A stretch of DNA of 63,997 bases, counting the filler, from Mitosporidium daphniae (taxonomy: Eukaryota): NCBI RefSeq assembly GCF_000760515.2. It is 5 parts of 5 records of this genome, joined end to end, with 100 filler letters (N's around TTAATTAATTAA, not from the genome) between each part and the next. Parts side by side here need not be neighbours in the genome. Positions count along the whole stretch, not along the records: positions 46,121 to 60,912 come from NW_013546715.1; 4 more parts are not named here. The stretch is one strand, 5' to 3'. The notes beneath the pieces were generated by a model. That model saw only the letters and a list, made by a program, of their open reading frames with translations, made no database searches and was not told the DNA's origin. The position numbers were made by a program, and so were the translations under genes. Positions 46,296-57,321 of the stretch are shown piece by piece. Positions within the stretch are counted from its first letter, which is position 1. The number at the start of each line of letters is the position of its first letter.

Positions 46296-48605
46296 CTAAA
46301 ATGGTATTTTCGAAAAGCTTTGGTTAATGCTTTCATTTAAGGTTTCCAAAAACCTAGGAAGGGACCACGAAATTAAAAGCTGCGATACCTCTTCAAGGGC
46401 CTCGTCAAATAAGTCTTCATATATCAGACAGTCAACGATACGCTCTTCTATTTTCCTTTTCGTGCGCCCATTTATATTGATCTCATATGTAGACCCTGAT
46501 CTTATAAACTTTGAATAAATTTGCAATGCGGGCTCGTGGAACAGCTCACTGGTCTTTTCAAGAGAACAGCTAAACACGTGATTCTGGTTCAAAACGACAG
46601 GTTGGTTTTGAGGCAAATTCGTCATCGTCGCACTTGCCGGCCATAGCTGCTTATACTCTTTACATATTTCATAAAACAAAAGGTTTTCTACCGCAAACTC
46701 GGTGATCGTAAACTTTCTGAATTTGGCAAGCAAAAGACCATCAGAGAAGATATTATCTAGAGTCAATCCTTCAAGCGAATATTGATGGAAGCAAGAGCAC
46801 TTGAAGTTGAGCTTGGCGAGTGACTTTTTAACAGATGACAAGTGGCCGAGCGAATTCAAGGAAAGAATGGTATTTGGCTGCTTGGAGAAACTGATCCCAT
46901 TTGCGCATGATTTCTTGTCTGATTTCGCAACAGGGAGTAATGGGAGGTGTGGCGAAGATACTGAAAAATTGGGACTCAAATTCGCGAGGCTCCCATAACA
47001 ATGATGGGCCTCTCCAAACATGGCTGAAAGGAGCGGCAAAACGATTATTACGCAATGAATGAACGATCCTCCAATTAAAAGTATAAACGAAGATGGGATA
47101 TAAGATCGTAGCGGCTGCAGTAAATCAAGATCCGTCCAAAGAAGCAGAATGCAGAACCCGGGACAAGCGACAAAGAAAGTTATCAGAAGATCATATTTTA
47201 TCCCGAATGCATCAGTGATCGAAGTTACTTGGTATAGCAGAACCGGGGTGACAATAAATGTATATGCCATCGTTGCAACAATGGCAGGCCCGTACAGCTC
47301 GCTTAACCGTACCGAATTGTTATAAGGAGAGCTAAATCTGAAATGAAGAAATAGAGAAACAGCAAAGTGAATCACAAGAAGAAGTAATAAAAAAACCCGG
47401 GGTCCACATTTAGACATGTAAAAGAATTTATAAGTGAACAGAGAGGAAATGGATTTAGTGATCACAAAGAAAAGGAATACAATCGATCGAATAACGGGGA
47501 GGCTGCAAATCTTCCTGCTCCAAAAACAAAGCCTGCACTGACATTGAGTAGACGGCAACTCGCTTGCATCGGCGGAAAAAGGATCAAGGTTTGCTGTATT
47601 AGCAGATTCTTCATCATATTTGTAATCAAAAGTAGAAGGTGGATGTTTCTTTGAGCAACATCCATCGTAATTTGAAGATTTAGCGTAATAGACATTTTTA
47701 TCACCAACAAAACCGGGAATATCTTCCGTATCAGTATCGTGGCTAGTGTTTTCGTCTTTGAGACGACCGTGTATTTGAGTATCGAGAATTCTACACTCGC
47801 AAGACACATGGTTATATAGTTTATCGTGACCATCGTATGGTGCACAACGAAAGGTACACTTTTTGCAATTCTGGGACAAGGATGCTTTTCTATTTAAAGG
47901 GGTATTTAAAGACGAAATAAAGTTGTAAGGTGATGAGGGATTCAACGAGTTATCTCTAAAAATGGCAGTGGAACTTTTGCACTGGTCAGGAAGCGACTGA
48001 ACTGAAGAAGATCGCGCTTTTTTGTCAGAATCTTGCACGGTGGCTGGAACATTGATTTCTATGTTTCCAGTTGATAGGGATTTATCAAATACTTGTATCT
48101 TGTCATGAACAACCTCATTTTCTTGTAATGCAGAGTAACCCGACGTCTCAAGGTCGATCTTTGAGTTTCGCAACGACAAGAGCTTGTTTCGGTTACAATG
48201 GAACTTTTGAAGTAAGTCTAGACCTCTGAGAACCCAGGTAACAATAACAAACATAGGGATAAAGAAATTATAAATCCATATCAGCGGGATATGTGGAAAG
48301 TCATAGTTAGCCTCATAACAAAAAACGAAGGAGCAAACAATCAAATTTAAGATGCTTGAAGCAATGCAAGCCTTGAAGCCTCGTTTCCGAAGCATGTAGT
48401 TGGATCCGTATTTGATGTAAAAAAACAGTGTTATCAATAAAAAGATATTGTATGCAATAAAAAGAACCCAATAGATCACTGCCAAGCTAGGAATGGAGAA
48501 CGGAGAATTTGTAGACCAATACAAATATCTTTGTTGCTTAGAGCAGTTCAAATACGACAGCTTAATGTCTCCAGATGGCTGTCCGGACATTGCCCAGTCC
48601 ACCAT
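46296..48605 (-). CDS. Multi-TM (7TM-type) protein with C-terminal RGS domain
   Basis: 7-8 hydrophobic segments, DAFGIKYDL motif, and RGS motifs F..F...EFAVENLLFY, IYSKFI..GSTYEININ, LFDEA..EV and SLPRF. Confidence 0.88.
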   Translation of the reverse strand: MVDWAMSGQPSGDIKLSYLNCSKQQRYLYWSTNSPFSIPSLAVIYWVLFIAYNIFLLITLFFYIKYGSNYMLRKRGFKACIASSILNLIVCSFVFCYEANYDFPHIPLIWIYNFFIPMFVIVTWVLRGLDLLQKFHCNRNKLLSLRNSKIDLETSGYSALQENEVVHDKIQVFDKSLSTGNIEINVPATVQDSDKKARSSSVQSLPDQCKSSTAIFRDNSLNPSSPYNFISSLNTPLNRKASLSQNCKKCTFRCAPYDGHDKLYNHVSCECRILDTQIHGRLKDENTSHDTDTEDIPGFVGDKNVYYAKSSNYDGCCSKKHPPSTFDYKYDEESANTANLDPFSADASELPSTQCQCRLCFWSRKICSLPVIRSIVFLFFVITKSISSLFTYKFFYMSKCGPRVFLLLLLVIHFAVSLFLHFRFSSPYNNSVRLSELYGPAIVATMAYTFIVTPVLLYQVTSITDAFGIKYDLLITFFVACPGFCILLLWTDLDLLQPLRSYIPSSFILLIGGSFIHCVIIVLPLLSAMFGEAHHCYGSLANLSPNFSVSSPHLPLLPVAKSDKKSCANGISFSKQPNTILSLNSLGHLSSVKKSLAKLNFKCSCFHQYSLEGLTLDNIFSDGLLLAKFRKFTITEFAVENLLFYEICKEYKQLWPASATMTNLPQNQPVVLNQNHVFSCSLEKTSELFHEPALQIYSKFIRSGSTYEININGRTKRKIEERIVDCLIYEDLFDEALEEVSQLLISWSLPRFLETLNESINQSFSKIPF

Positions 48606-48721
48606 AATGTGAAGAAACAAGCAGACTTGCTACAGACCAAATAAACAAAAACAATTGGTTGCGATTTGCACTATGCTGGATTTATATTTTAATTCGCAAC
48701 TAATTCGCAATTAATTCTATT

Positions 48722-49318
48722 TTATTGCATTCTATTAAGCAGGGTACCGAATTCTTGGCCCTGAAATTCTGCAATCGACAATTCTAGTTCTGATGGCGTT
48801 CTAGACCCATTCGAGCTTGCAAGCGTTCCTGCACCGTAGGGCGATCCGCCATGTGCAGCAGAAAGGTCAAGCAATAGGGGACATTTTGAGCCCAACGGGA
48901 CATATATCATTCCCAAGTGCGCAAAAAACGGCATCAACGACAAGTGGGTCCCTTCTTGCCCAAATCCCAAAGACCCAGTGGACACGAATGTTCCGACAAA
49001 CTTTTGCGAAAGCCCGCCATTTAGCCACAGCTTTCCACAGCTGTCAAGAAGGGCTTTAAACTGTGCTGGAACCATCCCAAATCTGGTCGGAAATCCAAAC
49101 ATAAATCCATCCGCTGCGTGGAGATCATTTGCGGTCACCACAGGTATATGGGGCATCGCTTTTACGTTCATCTTTCCCAGCACTTCCTGGGAAAGTGTTT
49201 CTTGAACCTGAAAAAGCTTTACCTTGACGCTGGATTTTTCCAATCCCTTTATGATGCTTTGCGCCATCTTTTCGACATGGCCATAGGCCGAATAGATGAT
49301 CACATATACGGTCTTCAT
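48722..49318 (-). CDS. Flavodoxin-like NAD(P)H:quinone oxidoreductase (WrbA/Pst2 family)
   Basis: YSAYGHV, FGFPTRFG, STGS..GQE, HGGSPYGAGT and SRTPSELEL. Confidence 0.95.
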   Translation of the reverse strand: MKTVYVIIYSAYGHVEKMAQSIIKGLEKSSVKVKLFQVQETLSQEVLGKMNVKAMPHIPVVTANDLHAADGFMFGFPTRFGMVPAQFKALLDSCGKLWLNGGLSQKFVGTFVSTGSLGFGQEGTHLSLMPFFAHLGMIYVPLGSKCPLLLDLSAAHGGSPYGAGTLASSNGSRTPSELELSIAEFQGQEFGTLLNRMQ

Positions 49319-49434
49319 GGAATAAATAAAGCCCAAATTGTCGAGTGTTAAACTTTGTGATTGCTCAGCGATTAAATTTGAATTTTATTTAAAATTAAAA
49401 AATAAAAGTTTGAGTGCAAGTTCCCCTTTTTGGA

Positions 49435-50546
49435 ATGCACATGGGGTCTCTGAATCATATTCCGGATCCTGTCTCGCCGCCAGTTGGCATTGAAAAGCAA
49501 GACCTTATCTCGATGCTGCCTGGACCCTTGTGTGAAAATCCACCCAGCATTTCCAGAATATATGCCTGGGTAAACGACTCACGATCGTCCGACTATTGGA
49601 ACTATGATAATGTGCCGATAAAATGGGGGTATGTCTTGGTAATGCTAATATGTCTAGATGCCAAGATAACTATCGCATAATATCAAAAGTGGGTAGGGGG
49701 AAGTATTCCGAAGTTTTCCTGGGGTTCAACATCAAAACAAATCAAGAGGTAATCATTAAGGTTTTAAAGCCGGTTAAATCGAAAAAGATCAAACGTGAAA
49801 TCAAAATTTTGCAAAATATCTCTTCCGGCCCTAATGTGATCCAGCTACTGGATATCGTTAGAGACAACGAGTCCAAGGTTCCTTCTCTCATTTTTGAGTA
49901 TGTCCGTAATTCAGATTTCAAGCATCTCTATCCCAAACTAACGGACCTTGATGTCAGATATTATCTTTTCGAGCTGTTGAAGGCCCTGGACTATTGCCAC
50001 TCCATGGGGATCATGCATCGAGATGTGAAGCCCCACAATGTTATGATTGACCATGAAAATAGAAAACTTAGACTTATCGACTGGGGTCTGGCCGAGTTCT
50101 ACCATCCGGGGGTTATGTACAATGTCAGGGTAGCTTCTCGCTTCTTTAAGGGTCCCGAATTACTGGTCAATTTCCAATGCTATGATTACTCCCTCGATAT
50201 GTGGTCCCTTGGATGCATGTTAGCCGGAATGGTTTTCAAGAAGGAGCCCTTTTTCATGGGACAGGATAATAGTGACCAACTGGTTAAGATTGTTCGGGTT
50301 CTGGGGAGCGATGACTTTGACTGTTATGTTGAAAAATATCACTTGGAAATCGATTCCAAGTTGAGGCAACAACTTGGCGTCCACACAAAGAAAAACTGGG
50401 CAAAATTTATACTCCCCGAAAACGAACATCTTGCTTCGCAGGAGGCCCTTCACTTGATTGACAACCTGCTAAGATATGACCATCAAGAGCGCCTAACTAC
50501 AATTGATGCGATGAAGCACCCCTTTTTTGATCCAGTTAGAAAATAA
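49435..50546 (+). CDS. CKA1: Casein kinase II catalytic subunit alpha
   Basis: [39 protein letters not shown] and [11 protein letters not shown]. Intron 49629-49657. Confidence 0.97.
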
Positions 50547-50653
50547 TTAAAGCTACATTGTCCTCGGCTTATTCTCAAATAAATTAAGCATTAAATAAAT
50601 TTGATAAATTTTTGCAATTTATTCCAAAATTTATTCCTGAATTTGCTGCTGCA

Positions 50654-52271
50654 ATGTATACCAATGGGCTCGCATTGTCGAGGCAATATCTCGATTTCGG
50701 TAAGCATTCTCGATTGATGTATAGCCTTTGAGCCCTGTATATTTTCTTCGCTATTCAACTATGTATATACGTCGCCTGGGTACACGTTCCAGTTAAAAGA
50801 TGACTCGAGGGATCCCCAACAAGCATACTTTGACGCCTCCGAAACACACGAGCAGCAGTATTCCATTCCCACGGCAATTTCATTCTGCAATAGTATGACC
50901 TGGCTTTTGATCTGTTAGCAAGCAATAATGGAAATACAATCTGTGTCTCTTCAGAGGCCGGTGCCATTAGCATTCTGAATTGGTCCGAGGACTCGATAGT
51001 AGGTAATGATTTCGGCGGCATAACACCTTTGCATTAATAGAGTCTCATAGCTATAAAGTCCATTCCAACGCCATTTTCGACCTTTGCTGGTCAAACAATG
51101 ACCAATCGATCGTATGCATCTGGCAACGTAACGTTTAGTGGACCGTCTCTGGGGACCAGTCACTGAGACAAACAGATGTCAAAACGGGGCAAAACTTGTA
51201 CCATGGCCAAAGGTTGCATTCCAATACTAGCGTCAAGATTGTCAAGGTGTCTCCTCATAAACAATGTAAGGTGGCTGCATGTGTAACTTGGTAGTCCAAG
51301 TTGCCACTGGAGGGCGAGATGGACAAGTGTGCATATGGGATTCTCGCGCCGCAGAGCACTGTCTTCCTCTTTGGACCGTTTCTAGACCCTCTTCAAAGCA
51401 ATCTTCAAGAAAAATACTTTCCGTAATGCCGTCTGAGTCGGTTACTTCGATCAATTTTTGCCCGCTCAATGAAAATCTCCTTTATGTTTCCTACTCGTCC
51501 ACAGGGTAACTTTTGGTTGTCATCATGCTTTTAGACACGTTTATTTGTATGATGTTAGGAAATCCAAAACCGGAATATTGCTGTTTCTTCCTGACGAAAA
51601 AAACAGAGGTAAGCGTGTTTGTCGAATTTTTAGCCTTTTCCTCGATGTCGCTTTCCGGAGACGGCATTTATTTATATGGCACGTGTACAGACAACAGGTT
51701 CGATTTTCGGTGCTTTAATATCGGTAGATTATGTCGCCTGGAGACCAATGGATCTCGAAATGTCGACTTTTTCTCGTGCAATTCGTTTTCTTGTTCATCA
51801 TTCTATGTAAACTGTGACGTTTCCCCCGATGATAAGTACGTTTTGACAGGATCTAGCGCATCGGGCGTGCATATTTGGGACCAGGCAAATAAGCTATGCC
51901 ATATTTACTCCAGTCATAATTCAGAGGTTTCGGCTGTGGCCTGGTCAAAGACCAACCCATCGATTGTAAGACTCAAAGCAATAATCCCTACCCAATGATA
52001 GTTTGCGTCTGCCTCGGATGACAAGTCTGTACGTATTTGGAATATCGATCGCGGGATACATCATATGCTGTATTTTTCGGAGAAAAGATATTTTTCGCAC
52101 AGGAAGGAGCCGATTTCGGCCAGCTCCGCACCAAATCGGCCCCCTTCAAATGATACCAAGGAAAACAGCGGAAATTTACATAACCAAGTCGCCCCCCAGA
52201 GGTCAATGAAGCTTAAAATTAACCAGTTTTTCAAACCTCTCCTGAACAGTTCAAATAGAAAATTAAATTAA
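50654..52271 (+). CDS. CDT2: WD40 protein Cdt2/DTL (CRL4 substrate receptor), multi-exon
   Basis: HSNAIFDLCW, SGDQS, ATGGRDG..IWD, SFYV...SPD, HNSEVSAVAW, SDDKSVRIW and a C-terminal PIP-like KINQFF. Confidence 0.82.
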
Positions 52272-52298
52272 TAAACAAAGCAGCAAAGTGTATACCCC

Positions 52299-52919
52299 AT
52301 GAGGCTGAGATCTTTCACCGGATCAACCAGACGCTTGAATGACACGTCGACAGATGCTCCCGTATCAAGCGAAGATGATATAGAAGGCAACTATTCAAGT
52401 GGGGAGCTGGACGAGGATGATGCCTCGCTGCTCGATCCCAGCGAGGTCGATCAATTAGAGAGCGGCGGAAATAGCCCGTTAAAGACTCGAAATTCCGACG
52501 AAGATGATAGCAGTCCTGACTTTCCAGATAGTGAAGATGAAGATTCAAACGGAAAAGACAGCGATGGGGATAAGTTTGTAAAGTTCATCCCGCGTCAAAA
52601 GCGGCGGTTTTTCGTGGAAGAAAGTCCCGAGTTGGACGCCAAAAAAGCACACAAAGCAATGAGAGACGATTTTGTATCTGAGGAGGACAAGCATAAAAAG
52701 GCCGTTCAAAGGAAAGTAGCCAAGGAGCGAAAAATGGAAGAAGCAAGAAAAACAGCACTAAGCAAGCTATTGACAAAAAAGCAGCGGCCTGCAGAGTCTT
52801 CGTCCACCGAGAAAAGCTCAAAGGCAAAAGCCACCACAGTCACTGGACCAGTTCCAGAGGGCGTAGTGAGATTCTACGATACAGCGACGAAAACCCTTGT
52901 TATTTGTCCATCTCTTTAG
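52299..52919 (+). CDS. IES2: INO80 complex subunit Ies2/INO80B (PAPA-1)-like
   Basis: Acidic N-terminus, then RK...ERKMEEARKTALSKLL and 'VRF.D..T.T.VICP'. Confidence 0.6.
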   Translation: MRLRSFTGSTRRLNDTSTDAPVSSEDDIEGNYSSGELDEDDASLLDPSEVDQLESGGNSPLKTRNSDEDDSSPDFPDSEDEDSNGKDSDGDKFVKFIPRQKRRFFVEESPELDAKKAHKAMRDDFVSEEDKHKKAVQRKVAKERKMEEARKTALSKLLTKKQRPAESSSTEKSSKAKATTVTGPVPEGVVRFYDTATKTLVICPSL

Positions 52920-53038
52920 AAAAAATAAAGCTCGCTAAAAGATGTTGTCGATTTCCTTTTAAGCGCAAACATTAACACAATTAACGGTTGACGACGCGCG
53001 GCTCGACGTTTATTGCAATGATGTGCGGTAAATATTAT

Positions 53039-56000
53039 TTATAGATATGGATTGTTCAAAATGCTTTGTAAATAGCGCAGATTAATGGGATGGAGGCCAT
53101 TCAAAATCCCTTCTAGTTCCGGATATGTTCCCAAACGGCCTATGAGCCGCTTCACAGCAGAGGGCAATGAAAAATCCATCAGCGGATCTGAGGAAAAAAG
53201 CTACAAGATTGGTGGGCCCCAAATTACCTGAAGAAGCCTAATTTCTTCTGCATTCAAGTCACCTTTCGCAAAGGTGTTGGCTCGGTGGAGTTTACAAAAC
53301 TCATAGTCTTCCGATATTAAAATGGATCTGATTTGTAATGCGATTATTGATTACCTGACTTTGGATCTTTCAAGATCATCGATTGCAGGCTCCGAGGACA
53401 GCGAAATAAGTTCATAATCAAGCATTAAGCTAACAAAGAGGCAAATCATGGACTCCAGCTGCGAAACAAAAACATGGTAAAGACACGAATCCGGATTAGA
53501 CAAAATCAAGATAAAAGCCATTGCCGAGACAAATTTGTCCTTGGCATTCTCCATTTCTTCAGCCTAAGATGAGAATTGAAAAGCACCACCTTTCTAAGCC
53601 AAAGGTTCCCAAATTTTTCAGCACACTCTGGTGATGGGTTGGTCGATAATAATACATCAAAAAAGTGGTGATCTAATACACATATTCTTGCCGGGAACAG
53701 AAATAAAGAATACGAGCTTAGTTTCTCGTCCTAAACCAAAATCAAAGCTAATCTTCTACTTCCTCCATTAAAATAAGGTTACTAATTGCGAAGAAAATTC
53801 CCTTCAACCAATCAATAGCTTTAAGAAAAGAAAAGGCTCTCAGGAGACAAGAGTCCAAGACTTTGCACATGAAAGGCCATATTTCTGGCTGCCAGCCTGG
53901 CATCAAATCGGAAAGCTCGGCAAAAAACAAAGACGAAAACTCCTAAGCAAAATTATTTAAAGCCTATGGTACGGATAAATAGGAAATCGGTAGCATTAAA
54001 ATATAGCTGTTAACGATAGAAAAGACGAGAACTAGATTTTCAGATCCCAGCGTTAGAAATCGAAGAGAAAGCCTTGAAAGCATCCCAAAAAGCTCATAAT
54101 TGCACTCGAGATTTTCTACAAAACAGGGGTAATGAATAAGGAGAGAAGACCACAGGCAAAGAATATCTCCCAGGTAGTAGTACACGTCCCCATTATCAAA
54201 TGTCAGTATACCATTGCCTTGGTGGGCCTCTGAGATTCCGAGACAAGATTTAATCAGTGAAATGGAAACTGAATGGAGCTGAATAGATTTTGCTCCCAAT
54301 GACTAAAGATCAAATAAAGATATCTTGTACCTTTACAATGGCGCTCAAGAGGCCCAAAAGCCGGCAACGAAGCTCCACACTGCATGATTTCGACTTCCAG
54401 CCAGTCGAAATTACGTCAATCAGCGAGTTGCCCAGGCTTCCGCTCTCCAGCTGATATGATTAACATGGAAAACTTACATCAATATTACCTGTTAGAGAAA
54501 CAAGTTCTTTAGTGATGTCCAGCAGGTCGCATTGAAGATCTAAATCCTGAAATTCAAACAACAGGTTTGAGATACCCAAGATGACGGCATCCAAACCGTG
54601 CAATGTCGATCTGCAAAAACAAAGTAACGATCCGATGGAGACGGCGCAAAAATATCTGAGAATAGGGAGGTGGTAATTGACCTTTTGACCAAAATTAAAG
54701 CTGCTACAAAGGATGCTGCATAAATACGCATAGATACTTTTGAGCGCTTCTTCTGACAATATTGGGGCTATGGTCTTACTGCATGCCAATTCTGACATGA
54801 AGGTCATAGACAATAATGAAAAGGATGAAAAAACTCTCGAGCTGAAATAGGGATCGGTGGGAAGGGCAGGAAAATATCTTTTCAATAGAAAGCTGTTAAA
54901 TGACAACACCTCACCCTCATCTTTTATCGGAAAATCAAAGATAAGCAGTCTTTTGATAATTGTCTCCAATGAGTCATTTTCCCAATCCACCGGAAAAGAA
55001 GGATGCAAACAAGATAAAGCCTTGTAAAGCTTCTTGGAGAATTTTCTTAGTTGATTTGAAATTGACACATTAATACAATTGGAGGGTCCATTGAATACGC
55101 CGGATAAAGGAAAATCAGGCTTTTCGTCTTTGGTACTCTCCTTGCTGGTATACAAACCTTTCTTTGGTCTAAATAAGACCAACATTTCTTCAGGATCATT
55201 TAAACAGGCTTCAAGGTCGCACTCTTGACTAAAGGAATAATATTCTGTTAAAAGAAGCCACAAAAGCTCAGAGTGTTGGGATGTGTTCGAAAAAAGAATA
55301 CAAAGAGGATCTTTTGATTACAAACATAGCGGCTACCTTTAACTTGGCATGAAATCGACTTGAAAAGCAAGTAAAACAAAGTAAGCGCCATCGCTTTGAT
55401 CGCTGGAGTGGCTATGGATTAAAATTCAATCAAGCAGGTACAATCGAGCTGGAAAACAAGAGCCAGAAACAGAGCCCCAATGGAAGACGAAAGCTCACTT
55501 TCCCACACTAGTTTAAAAGGAAAGGGGCAAAAAGAAGACTGCAATTCGATATTGCGAGTTTGGCTCGTATTTAAGAAAATACAAAAGATCTTTGAAATTT
55601 GCTTGAGTATGGGATAAAGTGCACCATCTAACGGTTAGGCTTTGAGGAATATACCGTCAACTGTCGTGCGGTGAGAAAATGAAAATTTTCCAAGCGAAAA
55701 AAGAAGCCCACGCAGCAATGGTAAATTGCTCTCAGAAAAGCATTTGTTTTGAGGAGAGCCATAATCTCGATATGCGCCCAGAATTGTCAAACGGACACAC
55801 CGAAGAGAGAGCTCGATGCTGGAAGCGAGAAGACCATTACACTTTTGCAAACTCGAAGGATAGAGATTGACCATCGCCAAAGAGAGCTCAATAATCTTAG
55901 CCAGGAAATATTGACACGTCTATAAAGATATTATGGGGCAAAGCTTACCGAGATATATGTCAATTTCTTTGAAGGAAGGCCCTGAATATATAGCCTCTTC

Positions 56001-56578
56001 AAAATAAGATGCAACAATTTCCAGCCGCGACACAATTGGAACAAATCACCATTTTGCATGGACAAAAACAAGATGTCAATAATGGATGGGATAAGTTCTT
56101 GCCACATGGCGGGGTAGTCATATTTAGCTATAGATGACACGATCACGGATGCCATGTTTGAGATTTGGGGAACCTCATGCCAAACAAGCAAAAAAACGAC
56201 TTTCCTGAACGATTCACGACTCTGCTCGTCAAGCGATCTAAATTAAGCCTAAAAACCGCGACCTTGGATATTTCCGAGACCATTGTCTTTCAAAGCCGTT
56301 TTTCAAATAAATGCAGGCCAATAGCCTGACATCTAATTGGACTTTGTCGCTATTGACAATTTCCTGGAGTAAATAAACAAAGGGCATACCAGCAGTTCGT
56401 GTATAATTATACAATGGAACTGGCGCTCGTTTAGGAAGGCTTCCGCCTGTTGACAGGCAAGCTTGTTATATGAGGCTCTTTTTATCAAAACACCAAAGGC
56501 GTCTATCAGCTCAGAACAAGTGGGCTGTGGATACTCCACATAGGAAAAAGATCGTTGGTTCTGGGGAACTCGACTCAT
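53039..56578 (-). CDS. Importin-beta family karyopherin, importin-11/Kap120-like, many exons
   Basis: QAEAFL, VRLLACIYLKNG...W, IAKYDYPAMWQELIP and a C-terminal DP...L. Fragmented by short introns. Confidence 0.72.
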
Positions 56579-56628
56579 CCAAAATAAAATTATTTATTCA
56601 TAAAACGTCGTTCAAATTGACAATATTG

Positions 56629-56922
56629 TTACAAGAAAGCGACAGCCACCGAGACCAAGGTACCGCACAAAAACACGGCGCCATTCATGTTGGATGAAGA
56701 GGAACCTCCGAGAGTAAGCTTTTTCTGTTCATTGGGATCGATTGCCGCTGTAATATTTTTCTTTAGATCGTCTGTTTTTATATCGCCCTTCTTTGCATCG
56801 TCTTTCTTTGCATCTTTCTTGGGCTCGTCTTTGTTTGGAACATTTGCTTCAGAGGCTACTTCCGATATATTCAAAAACAGGACAATAAACGCCACGAGAC
56901 ATATCAAATAGATGGTCTTCAT
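56629..56922 (-). CDS. Small secreted, probably GPI-anchored protein with KKDD repeats
   Basis: Signal peptide, charged repeats, SSSSN omega-site region and a hydrophobic C-terminal tail. Confidence 0.72.
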   Translation of the reverse strand: MKTIYLICLVAFIVLFLNISEVASEANVPNKDEPKKDAKKDDAKKGDIKTDDLKKNITAAIDPNEQKKLTLGGSSSSNMNGAVFLCGTLVSVAVAFL

Positions 56923-57035
56923 TTACAATTCATCAGAAACCAAAATGCTCTTATATCCCATTAGGGTTTAGAGGTGTAACCAATAAAGTGAAACTTAAAC
57001 TTGATTGGTATGTCATTTTAAAATGTTTTTATTTA

Positions 57036-57321
57036 ATGGACAAATCAGGCCGACTTGAGGTCAGAACCGTTGAAGTACTCCCCCGGCAAAGTCAATCGCC
57101 CAATGTAAGCGACACACCCTTATTAGACATAGAATCCAAATGGAGAAATCTTTGAACCTGTACGTGTTTCTGAAAAAAAGGTTTTGAAACAGATGAAATC
57201 CTATCTAGATGAAATGGAAAGGCTGGGGGTGCCTGAGGGCTCCTTAGAATCACTACGCGTATTTAGAAAGTCCCTAAAAGAAATAATCAACACCCATTCT
57301 AAGAGAAATAAATTTATTTAA
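57036..57321 (+). CDS. Small hypothetical protein (85 aa, 2 exons), not in the ORF track
   Basis: ATG at 57036; GTAAGC...TAG intron 57105-57132 keeps the frame open to TAA at 57319-57321. Confidence 0.6.
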
